Shown: in pieces, positions 1 through 7,866 of the stretch | Numbering within the stretch: position 1 is the first letter of the stretch | Layout: the number at the start of each line of letters is the position of its first letter | DNA from: Thermofilaceae archaeon | GTDB taxonomy: Archaea > Thermoproteota > Thermoprotei > Thermofilales > Thermofilaceae | DNA length: 64,000 nt | Reading direction: 5' to 3' | NCBI GenBank assembly: GCA_038727095.1 | Contig: JAVYWK010000006.1 | Span: 1 to 64,000, forward strand | Made by a program: the position numbers and the translations under genes | Notes under the pieces: generated by a model | The model's database searches: none | What the model was told of the DNA's origin: nothing | Seen by the model: the letters and a program-made list of their open reading frames with translations, nothing else

Positions 1-413
1 AATTCCTCGAAGCGGTTAAGAAGCCCGCCGTGGTGAGCGGAGTCTGGGATCCGGGCAACGACGTGTGGGATCCGGAGGGCGAGCGCCCCTACCCGGACGG
101 CTACGGCTACGTGCGCGGGATGTTCGTTCACGTCCACGTGAAAGACGGTAGAAGGAAGCCTGAAGGCCATGAGTTTGTCCCCATCGGAGAGGGGGAGGTG
201 AACTGGCTCGAGCAAATAAAGGCTCTCGTTAGAGACCGTTACAACGGCTTCCTATCGCTAGAGACTCACTGGAGGCCTCACCAGCTGCCCCGAGAGCTGA
301 TCGAGCGCCCCGGTGGAGCAGCGTACTCGGAGGCGGGTGAGTACGCTTCATCGATCTGCGCTGAGAACCTGAAGTTGTTGATCGAGAGGGCGTTGAAAGA
401 GGTGGAGAGATGA
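1..413 (+). CDS. Sugar phosphate isomerase/epimerase (xylose isomerase-like TIM barrel), C-terminal part; gene starts before the window
   Basis: WDPGN, HVHVKD, PIGEGEVNW and LSLETH motifs of the AP-endonuclease-2/xylose isomerase-like fold; ATGA overlap with next gene. Confidence 0.8.
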   Translation, partial: FLEAVKKPAVVSGVWDPGNDVWDPEGERPYPDGYGYVRGMFVHVHVKDGRRKPEGHEFVPIGEGEVNWLEQIKALVRDRYNGFLSLETHWRPHQLPRELIERPGGAAYSEAGEYASSICAENLKLLIERALKEVER

Positions 414-1201
414 AGTTCTCAGTCACAATCTACAGCCTGCGTGACTACCTGCTCAGCGGGAGGCTCACAGTTCCCCGCTTCATAGAAGTCGCCTACAGGC
501 TCGGGGCGGACGCCGTCGACCTGGGTTACTACTGGAGGAGCCGGGAGGAGAGGGTGGAGGCTAAGCGTAAACTTCGGGAGCTCGGCGTAGAGCTCGCGAT
601 TTACATCACGTCGAACGACTTCGTCAAACCCTCACTTGAGGAAAGGAGGGGGGAGATTGATAGGGTGAAAGCCGCGGTGGCGGACGCTAAGAGCTTTGAC
701 GCAACCCGTCTGAGGGTCTTCGCTGGGGATCTGAAGCATGGGATCGATGCTGCAGAGGCGGAAAAATGGGTGATAGAGGCTCTGAGGGAGGTCTCGGATT
801 ACGCGGCTAGCGAGGGGGTTGTACTGGCCGTGGAGAACCACGGTAGGTACTTCAGCAGGATCGATGTTGTGGAGCGCATCCTGAAGGAGGTGGGTTCGGG
901 GAATCTTCGCGTAACATTCGACACGGGCAACTTCGTCTTCGCTGGGGACAGCCCAGTGGAGGCTGTTAAACGGTTAGGGGCTTGGGTAGAGCACGTGCAC
1001 GCAAAGGACGTGGACGTGTGGGGCAGGCCTTGCGCACCGGGTGAGGGTTGCATCGATTTCGAGGCGATCGTCAGGAGGCTGAAGAGCGCCGGCTATCGCA
1101 ACTACCTTTCCGTCGAGTACGAAGGGCGCCGCGATCCAATTCTCGCCGTGGGTTTGGGGTTGGGATACCTTCGAGGCCTATTAGCGGTAGTGAACCTCTA
1201 G
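410..1201 (+). CDS. Sugar phosphate isomerase/epimerase (xylose isomerase-like TIM barrel)
   Basis: LAVENH, FDTGN, HVHAKD, LSVEYE metal-binding motifs. Confidence 0.88.
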   Translation: MKFSVTIYSLRDYLLSGRLTVPRFIEVAYRLGADAVDLGYYWRSREERVEAKRKLRELGVELAIYITSNDFVKPSLEERRGEIDRVKAAVADAKSFDATRLRVFAGDLKHGIDAAEAEKWVIEALREVSDYAASEGVVLAVENHGRYFSRIDVVERILKEVGSGNLRVTFDTGNFVFAGDSPVEAVKRLGAWVEHVHAKDVDVWGRPCAPGEGCIDFEAIVRRLKSAGYRNYLSVEYEGRRDPILAVGLGLGYLRGLLAVVNL

Positions 1202-1256
1202 GTCTACTACACACTTGTAAACCGCTACAAACGTAAGAAACTTTATCTGAGATGCG

Positions 1257-2213
1257 TTGAGGGGGTGCCGCGTGGGGGTAGCCGTTAAAATCGCAGGCTT
1301 CACCAAGAAGTTCGGGAATGTAGTCGCTGTCAACAACCTCAACCTGGAGATCTACGAGGGGGAGATGTTTGGTCTACTCGGGCCCAACGGATCGGGTAAG
1401 AGCACAACCCTCCTCACCATCGCGACCGTGTACAAGCCAACGAGCGGGGACATTTACATATTCGGGCATTCCGTAATGAAGGAGGACGACGTAGTCAGAA
1501 GGTACGTAGGTATCGCGTTCCAGGAACCCAAAGCCATGTGGGTTGACACGCCCTACGAGCTTCTCCTCTGGCACGCGAAAATCGTTGGTTACTCTTCTAG
1601 CGGAGCAAAGCAGGTTGTTAGGGAAGTGATGGAGAAGCTGGAGCTCTGGGAGCACAGGAACAAGCAGTTTTACCAATTGAGTGGGGGTACTAGGAAGAAG
1701 CTGGAGATCGCAAAGGTCCTCATTCAGAGACCCAAGTTGGCGATCTTCGATGAGCCCACAGCACAGGTTGATGTACTGACGAAGCATGCTCTCTGGGACG
1801 TTGTGAGAGCGATGAGGGATGAGGGTTCAACGATAATAGTCGCTACGAACGACATGTTTGAGGCGGAGAGGATTTGCGAGAGGATCGCCATAATCTACAA
1901 AGGCGAGCTGCGCGCTCTGGGCACGGTGAAGGAGCTTAAAGATCGGGTTCCCGGTGGTGATGTTGTAGAGGTTAGCTTTGAGGGCTCCAAAGAGAGGGTC
2001 GAGAAGGTGCTATCCAAGCTGGACGGTATGGGGAAGCTGATCCTTCAGAACGATAGGATCGTGGCGTACCTCAACAGAGGTGAGGAGCGCGCCGCCGAGA
2101 TTGTCAGCACGCTGCTGGAGGCTGGAGTGAGGGTTAAGAGAATCATGGTGCAGGAGCCGACGCTCGACGACGTGTTCTTCTACTTCACCGGTGCCCGCTT
2201 GGGTGAGAGCTGA
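1257..2213 (+). CDS. ABC-2/DrrA-type exporter ATP-binding subunit (true start probably GTG at 1272)
   Basis: Walker A GPNGSGKST, LSGG signature, IFDEPT Walker B, C-terminal EPTLDDVF motif. Confidence 0.92.
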   Translation: MRGCRVGVAVKIAGFTKKFGNVVAVNNLNLEIYEGEMFGLLGPNGSGKSTTLLTIATVYKPTSGDIYIFGHSVMKEDDVVRRYVGIAFQEPKAMWVDTPYELLLWHAKIVGYSSSGAKQVVREVMEKLELWEHRNKQFYQLSGGTRKKLEIAKVLIQRPKLAIFDEPTAQVDVLTKHALWDVVRAMRDEGSTIIVATNDMFEAERICERIAIIYKGELRALGTVKELKDRVPGGDVVEVSFEGSKERVEKVLSKLDGMGKLILQNDRIVAYLNRGEERAAEIVSTLLEAGVRVKRIMVQEPTLDDVFFYFTGARLGES

Positions 2214-3019
2214 TGCAAACCAGCGATCTTAGGGCGATGCTCCTTCTCGTGCAGTGGGACTTGATGAGGATGTGGAGGCGCCGGATTTTCGTTTTGATGA
2301 GGATAACATGGTTCGCAGTCCAGGTATCGATCTTCGGCCTAGCTTTAACCGCGATGGTCAGGTTCCGCGGTATCGTCTCGGCTCAGCTCGATTACTACCA
2401 CTTCTACCTCCTCGGGGTCTACACCTCCATGCTGTTCTCGATCAGCGTCTCGAACGCCTACGAAGTGGCGGAAGAGTTTGAGGAGGGGATAATAGAGTAC
2501 CATCTGACGCTACCCATCAAGCGTCGCGTACTCTCCCTAGGTCGCGCTGTGGGGGGAGGATTGGCAGCTTTCATATTCACTCTCCCGATGTACGCCATAG
2601 TCCTGATGCTGCTCGGTGGAGGGCCCCCAGAGGCGCTGGCCGTGTCTCTAGCCGCTTCAGCGGTTTTCTCCGTCGGAATCGTAGGGCTCGTGCTCTCTCT
2701 GGTGCTAAGCGTGAAATCGGGCGATGCGACGGACATCCTGTTCGGGATCATCGACGCGGTGATAGTGAGGCTCAGCACGATCTTCTACCCCGCTGTCGTT
2801 CTCAGCAGAGTAGCGCCGTACTACTACGCCGCTCTGGTGAACCCACTCTCTCACCTGGTGGATCTTGCAAGGACATTCTTCTTCTTCGAGGAATACAGGG
2901 TTCTGGCGATTGCTAGCCCGGTGACGATGGCCGCATACCTACTTGGACTCGCAGCCGGTCTCGTCTCACTAGCGATCTACATTGTGGAAAGGAAGCTTGA
3001 AGGAGGTGGTTGGAGGTGA
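2213..3019 (+). CDS. ABC-2 type exporter permease
   Basis: About six hydrophobic helices, STIFYP and NPLSH motifs, coupled to the ATPase gene. Confidence 0.88.
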   Translation: MQTSDLRAMLLLVQWDLMRMWRRRIFVLMRITWFAVQVSIFGLALTAMVRFRGIVSAQLDYYHFYLLGVYTSMLFSISVSNAYEVAEEFEEGIIEYHLTLPIKRRVLSLGRAVGGGLAAFIFTLPMYAIVLMLLGGGPPEALAVSLAASAVFSVGIVGLVLSLVLSVKSGDATDILFGIIDAVIVRLSTIFYPAVVLSRVAPYYYAALVNPLSHLVDLARTFFFFEEYRVLAIASPVTMAAYLLGLAAGLVSLAIYIVERKLEGGGWR

Positions 3020-3783
3020 ATGGTGAACTACGAAGCAGCCTACTGATCGCTTACAGGGACCTGGTGAGATTCTGGAAGTTTAAGCATTGGCTTGCCAGCC
3101 AGATTGTGATGAACCTGGCCGACGTCGTCATCTTCGCCCTGATTTTCAATAACATAGTGAACAGGGAATACATTCCGGACTACATCAAGTTCATGTCAAC
3201 AGGCGTCCTATCCGTGTCGGTGTTCGCGTCGTCATTCTCGATTGGTAGGGAGGTGGGCGCTGAGATGAGGAGGGAGGTGGTGTACTACCTGCTCACGCTG
3301 CCCGCGTCGAGGTGGGCGCTGATCGCGGGCCGCATAATGGGAGGCACATTTAGGGGGCTCATCTACCAGCTCGCGTTTATAGCGCTGAACATCGCTCTCG
3401 TCGGTGTGCCGAACCTCTACCAGGCCGCCATCATCGTTTACACTTCGATCGTGCTTTCAGCCTCAATGTCCGCCCTCGCTATAGCCATCTCCACGTCGAC
3501 CAGGGACTTCAATCTACAAGCTACGTTTAGAGCGCTTACCTATTACACGCTCTTCTTCCTCTCCAACGTCTTCTACCCGCGTGAGGTGCTCAGACTCAGG
3601 TTCCCCGGTCCACTGGCGGACGCGATAGTTCACACACCCGTCTCTTTGGCGTCCGACGTATACCGTTGGGCCTTCGGTTACTACGGCAGCATAAACCCTC
3701 TCGCGCCTCTCGAGCTCACCTTGTGGGCGTTCCTCCTCTTGGTCCTGGCGGCTCTGCTCTACAGGAGGAACATCAGCCGCTGA
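3016..3783 (+). CDS. ABC-2 type exporter permease
   Basis: Hydrophobic helices, LSNVFYP motif; GTGA overlap with previous gene. Confidence 0.88.
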   Translation: MNGELRSSLLIAYRDLVRFWKFKHWLASQIVMNLADVVIFALIFNNIVNREYIPDYIKFMSTGVLSVSVFASSFSIGREVGAEMRREVVYYLLTLPASRWALIAGRIMGGTFRGLIYQLAFIALNIALVGVPNLYQAAIIVYTSIVLSASMSALAIAISTSTRDFNLQATFRALTYYTLFFLSNVFYPREVLRLRFPGPLADAIVHTPVSLASDVYRWAFGYYGSINPLAPLELTLWAFLLLVLAALLYRRNISR

Positions 3784-3807
3784 GTTTTTGGGCAGCTGCC
3801 GCGCGCT

Positions 3808-4407
3808 TTGTCTGTGCCGGTGTACGTAGCAGTCGGCGAGCACTTCATCGAGAGACTGTCCACCGTCTTCTTCCCCCGAGACTTCATCGAGCTTCTCGAA
3901 CACTTAGAGAAGAAGCTCGGGTACGCTTACCCGATGCTCCACGCCTTCTTCATGGGCGAGGAGGTCGCAGCAGCCCCCCTTCTAGACGAAGCTATGGAGC
4001 TACTTCTCCTGCTCAAGCATCGAGCAGAGATCCTACCCCCGGTTTTCTTCTTCGCTGTTCTGCCCAGGGACTTCGACGATGTCGCCAGCATTATCGGCGG
4101 TGGTGCCTCCTCGATGCTCATCCCCACGCCCGACGGGGTTTGCGAGCTGCATGGGGGCTTCAAGAAGGCCATAATGGTACGCGGCCGGGAGGTTAAGAAC
4201 CTGAAGGCTGGGGATGAGCTGCTTGTGGGTGGGGTTAGGGTGAAGGTGTTCACCAGATCCCCCTACGAGGCGGTTATCGGCCCCCTGAAGACGCTCATAG
4301 TTGCAGCCCTCATCGCCTCGAGAGCCGGGCTGAAGTTGAGAGCTTTGGGTCTACCAGAGACTGCGGGCACGGCTGTCGTCGCCGGGGGCGGGGCAGCTAC
4401 TTCGTAA
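3808..4407 (+). CDS. Hypothetical protein
   Basis: 199-aa ORF with host-like codon usage following the ABC operon; no recognised motif. Confidence 0.6.
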   Translation: MSVPVYVAVGEHFIERLSTVFFPRDFIELLEHLEKKLGYAYPMLHAFFMGEEVAAAPLLDEAMELLLLLKHRAEILPPVFFFAVLPRDFDDVASIIGGGASSMLIPTPDGVCELHGGFKKAIMVRGREVKNLKAGDELLVGGVRVKVFTRSPYEAVIGPLKTLIVAALIASRAGLKLRALGLPETAGTAVVAGGGAATS

Positions 4408-5038
4408 CCTTGTACGGGCACAGTACGGCGAAGTTGCAGTACCTGCACTCCCACGCGTACCTCGGGGCCTTGTGTTCGGTGACGCGTAAGGCGAGCTCCT
4501 CCATGCTCATCCTTTCCTCGACTTCGAACTGGGTGATCCGCTCGGGTGTGACGTAGAGCAGGTAGCTCGCGCTCAGGTCGAAGATGGTGTTGTAGGCTCG
4601 AACCTGGTCAACGTGATGCTCCAGGGGTAGCTGAATGTCCGATCTCGCGGTTTTCACCTCGATGCCTACCCCCTTACCGCTGGGCGGGTATACGATGATG
4701 TCAGCCCTCCCCTTCACGAGAACCCTTCCACCCGCCAGCCCTGCGGCAGTGAGGTCTACCTCCACACAGGCCTCCTTCTCAACCTCCACCTTCACACCCT
4801 TCGCCTCAAGCAGTTGGGCCAGCAGGAGGCCGAGGCCCTTGTGGATGAGAACCCCCTGGATGAGGACGGGATTGAAGACGTCGGGCATGCTCAGCTCTGG
4901 GTAGAGCTGCTCGTACCTCACCTTCAAGCTGCAGGAGACGAGGTCTGTGACCCAGTGGACGCCTGGCTCCCTCGAATGCTTCGAACGTTCATCCCTAAAG
5001 TACCTGTAAAGCTCCTCAACGATGTTCAACTTCTCCAC
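4397..5038 (-). CDS. cas4: Stand-alone Cas4-family PD-(D/E)XK nuclease with Fe-S cluster
   Basis: N-terminal Cys (DLVSC), GRAD...IEVKT nuclease motif, QVRAY motif, C-terminal WECRYCNFAVLC. Confidence 0.88.
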   Translation of the reverse strand: MEKLNIVEELYRYFRDERSKHSREPGVHWVTDLVSCSLKVRYEQLYPELSMPDVFNPVLIQGVLIHKGLGLLLAQLLEAKGVKVEVEKEACVEVDLTAAGLAGGRVLVKGRADIIVYPPSGKGVGIEVKTARSDIQLPLEHHVDQVRAYNTIFDLSASYLLYVTPERITQFEVEERMSMEELALRVTEHKAPRYAWECRYCNFAVLCPYKVTK

Positions 5039-5161
5039 GGCGCGCGGTTGGACCCGCGGAATTTATCGCTTGCTGCAATCCCTTGGGCTGCGACGCCAAC
5101 GCTAACTGAGAGAGGCCGGCTGTCCGGTTAACCACTTATACCTTCAGACCTCCCTAGGCTC

Positions 5162-6652
5162 GTGGAAAAACCCCGCCAGATTCTCAGAGACATACCTTAC
5201 CCGAGCAAGGGTCCATTTGAGCCCGATTGGAGCTCCTTGAAGAGCTACAGAACCCCGAAGTGGTACATTGACGCCAAGCTCGGCATCTTCATCCACTGGG
5301 GCGTCTACTCCGTGCCAGCCTTTGGTAACGAGTGGTACCCTAGGAACATGTACATTAAGGGGAGCCCGGAGTACGAGTTTCACCTGAAGACGTTCGGCCC
5401 CCACAACGAGTTCGGGTACAAGGACTTCATCCCCGACTTCACGGCGGAAAACTGGGACCCCGACAGCTGGGCCCGACTATTCGAGCAATCTGGTGCGAAG
5501 TACGTGGTGTTAGTTGCAGAGCACCACGACGGCTTTGCTCTCTGGGATTGCAGCTACACGAGGTGGTGCGCGGCCAGGATGGGCCCCCGGAGGGACCTCG
5601 TAAGGGAGCTAGCGGACGTGGTTAGGGACAGGGGGTTAGTGTTCGGCGTCTCCTACCACAGGGCGGAACACTGGTGGTTCTTTGAGCCAGGTACGCGCAT
5701 CGATTCGGACGTGAACGATCCCCGCTACAGGGACTTGTACGGCCCCGCTCGGCCGGCGTCGCTCAACCCTCGGGATCCTCCAGGCCCCAGCAATGAGTAC
5801 CCTGACGATCGATTCCTGATGGACTGGCTCCTGAGAGCTGCAGAGCTGGTGGAGAAGTACAGGCCCCAGGTGTTCTACTTCGACTGGTGGATCGCAAACC
5901 CGGCCTTTGAACCCTACCTGCTCGCCTTTGCTGCCTTCTACTACAACAGGATGGATAGCTGGGGGTTGGAGGGAGTGATCAACTACAAGCACGAGGTCTT
6001 CAGGGAGGGCACAGCCGTGCCTGACGTTGAGAGGGGGACGCTCGACGATGTGAAGCGAGAGCCGTGGCAAGCCGATACCTCCGTGTGCTACAAGTCGTGG
6101 GGTTATATCCGCGATCACGAGTATAAGCCTCTGGAGGCTTTAATCGGCCACTTCGTCGATGTCGTCAGCAAGGGCGGCAACCTCCTACTCAATATAGGGC
6201 CGAGACCGGACGGCACGATACCGCACGAGCAGGCAAGGCTACTGAAGGGATTAGGCGAATGGTTATCCATTAACGGCGAGGCTATCTACTCTTCGAGACT
6301 CTGGAAGACATACGGAGAGGGACCCACAAGGCTTAAGGGGGGCTTCTTCGGCGAGCGAGAGTTCAAGTTCTCGCCTGGGGATGTACGCTACACTAGCAGA
6401 TGCTTCTATCCTGACGGTGATGTAGTTTACGCCATACTGCTGGGTACAACTGAGAAGCTAAGGCTAAGAGAACCCGTGGTTTATGCTCGAAAGGTAGGGC
6501 GCAAATTAGTCTCGGTGGAACTCCTAGACGGTAGCGTGAGAGGGCTGCAAGTAGCATGGAACATTGAGGGTGAAGAACTAATCTTAGAGTTACCATTTAC
6601 TGGAAAAATTAGACAACAATCTATAATAACTCTTAGACTATTATTTGAATAA
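5162..6652 (+). CDS. Alpha-L-fucosidase (GH29)
   Basis: KLGIFIHWGVYSVPA, AEHHDGF, YFDWW, VSKGGNLLLNIGP motifs. Confidence 0.93.
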   Translation: MEKPRQILRDIPYPSKGPFEPDWSSLKSYRTPKWYIDAKLGIFIHWGVYSVPAFGNEWYPRNMYIKGSPEYEFHLKTFGPHNEFGYKDFIPDFTAENWDPDSWARLFEQSGAKYVVLVAEHHDGFALWDCSYTRWCAARMGPRRDLVRELADVVRDRGLVFGVSYHRAEHWWFFEPGTRIDSDVNDPRYRDLYGPARPASLNPRDPPGPSNEYPDDRFLMDWLLRAAELVEKYRPQVFYFDWWIANPAFEPYLLAFAAFYYNRMDSWGLEGVINYKHEVFREGTAVPDVERGTLDDVKREPWQADTSVCYKSWGYIRDHEYKPLEALIGHFVDVVSKGGNLLLNIGPRPDGTIPHEQARLLKGLGEWLSINGEAIYSSRLWKTYGEGPTRLKGGFFGEREFKFSPGDVRYTSRCFYPDGDVVYAILLGTTEKLRLREPVVYARKVGRKLVSVELLDGSVRGLQVAWNIEGEELILELPFTGKIRQQSIITLRLLFE

Positions 6653-6737
6653 TATTTAATTCTAAATTCTTTTTATTTATAAATTTTCAATATGACAGTG
6701 GAAAGATTTATATATGGCTGGTTAACCAGCCATATTC

Positions 6738-7712
6738 ATGGAATACACGACCCTAGGAAAAACGGGGTTGAAAATATCGAGGATCGGTCTTGGAGCGTGG
6801 CAGTTTAGTGAAGCATGGGGTGTTACGGAGTACGATAGGGCTAAAGCCATTGTGAAGAGAGCTCTCGAGCTCGGGATTAACTTTTTTGACACTGCGATGG
6901 TTTACGGTAACGGCTTGAGCGAGGCTGCGTTAGGCAAAGCCCTGAGGGAATTGGGGGTTAAACGTGACGAAGTGGTCGTAACCACGAAGATCCCGGGGGA
7001 CTTCCTCAACCCGATCGATATACCGAGGGCTGTGGAGAAATCCGTCAAACTGCTGGGTCTCGGCTACATCGACGCTTTGCTGGTCCACTGGCCGCCAGCG
7101 TGGCACAACTACCCAACCTACGTCTACGCGAGGAGCTTAGAGAGGATTGTGAACGTAGGCCTAGTGAGGCACCTTGGCTTAAGCAACTTCCCCGTGGAGC
7201 TCGTAGAGAGCTTTAGGAACAGCCTATCGAGAACTGACGTTGAGGTGTTCCAATACAGGTACAACCTAGTCGAGAGGTGGGCAGAGGAGGAGATAGTCCC
7301 TTACGCGGAGCGCTGCCAAATAACACTTCAGGCATGGAGCCCGATAGCGAAGGGAGCTTTAAGCGGCAAGTACACGCTCGATAACCTGCCAAGGTTTGCC
7401 GACGTGAGAGCAGCGGACCCCGTGTTTCACCCCGAAAACTTCCGCAAAGTCTGGGAAGTCGTCAAGCTCCTCAGGGACATTGGCGAGAAGTACGGTAAAA
7501 CTCCAACGCAGGTGGCTCTAAATTGGCTCATCGTGTCGAGCCCCGTCGTCGTTCCAATACCCGGAGCAAAAGCGCCGGAGCAGGTGGATGACTTAGCCGG
7601 TGCGGTCGGCTGGAGATTGAAAGCAGAGGATTGGCGGCTGCTCGACGAAGCTAGCAGAGCGGTGAGCATCTCCTACTCCGTGGGCTACATCGAGCGTGAA
7701 TTGAAGCTCTAA
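6738..7712 (+). CDS. Aldo/keto reductase
   Basis: IGLGAWQ, FFDTAMVYG, VVTTK, LVHWP, GLSNF, PIPGA motifs. Confidence 0.93.
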   Translation: MEYTTLGKTGLKISRIGLGAWQFSEAWGVTEYDRAKAIVKRALELGINFFDTAMVYGNGLSEAALGKALRELGVKRDEVVVTTKIPGDFLNPIDIPRAVEKSVKLLGLGYIDALLVHWPPAWHNYPTYVYARSLERIVNVGLVRHLGLSNFPVELVESFRNSLSRTDVEVFQYRYNLVERWAEEEIVPYAERCQITLQAWSPIAKGALSGKYTLDNLPRFADVRAADPVFHPENFRKVWEVVKLLRDIGEKYGKTPTQVALNWLIVSSPVVVPIPGAKAPEQVDDLAGAVGWRLKAEDWRLLDEASRAVSISYSVGYIERELKL

Positions 7713-7724
7713 AGGAAAAGCATC

Positions 7725-7749
7725 CTTTTTCTCTTTCCTTTTCTTTTTC
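7725..7749 (+). terminator. Oligo-T/pyrimidine tract, archaeal intrinsic terminator
   Basis: CTTTTTCTCTTTCCTTTTCTTTTT just after the AKR stop codon. Confidence 0.55.
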
Positions 7750-7866
7750 AACTCATTCCTAACTTCTACCCCTACTGTACACCCTCCAGCTGCCCAGCTG
7801 GAAAGGTTATGGCGCTTAGCGTGAATGAGGGTGGAAACAGTAGCTAGATTGGGCATGAGAATGCTT

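Noticed and set aside
5162-6652. Programmed frameshift in the alpha-fucosidase
   Set aside because: The ORF is continuous and full length
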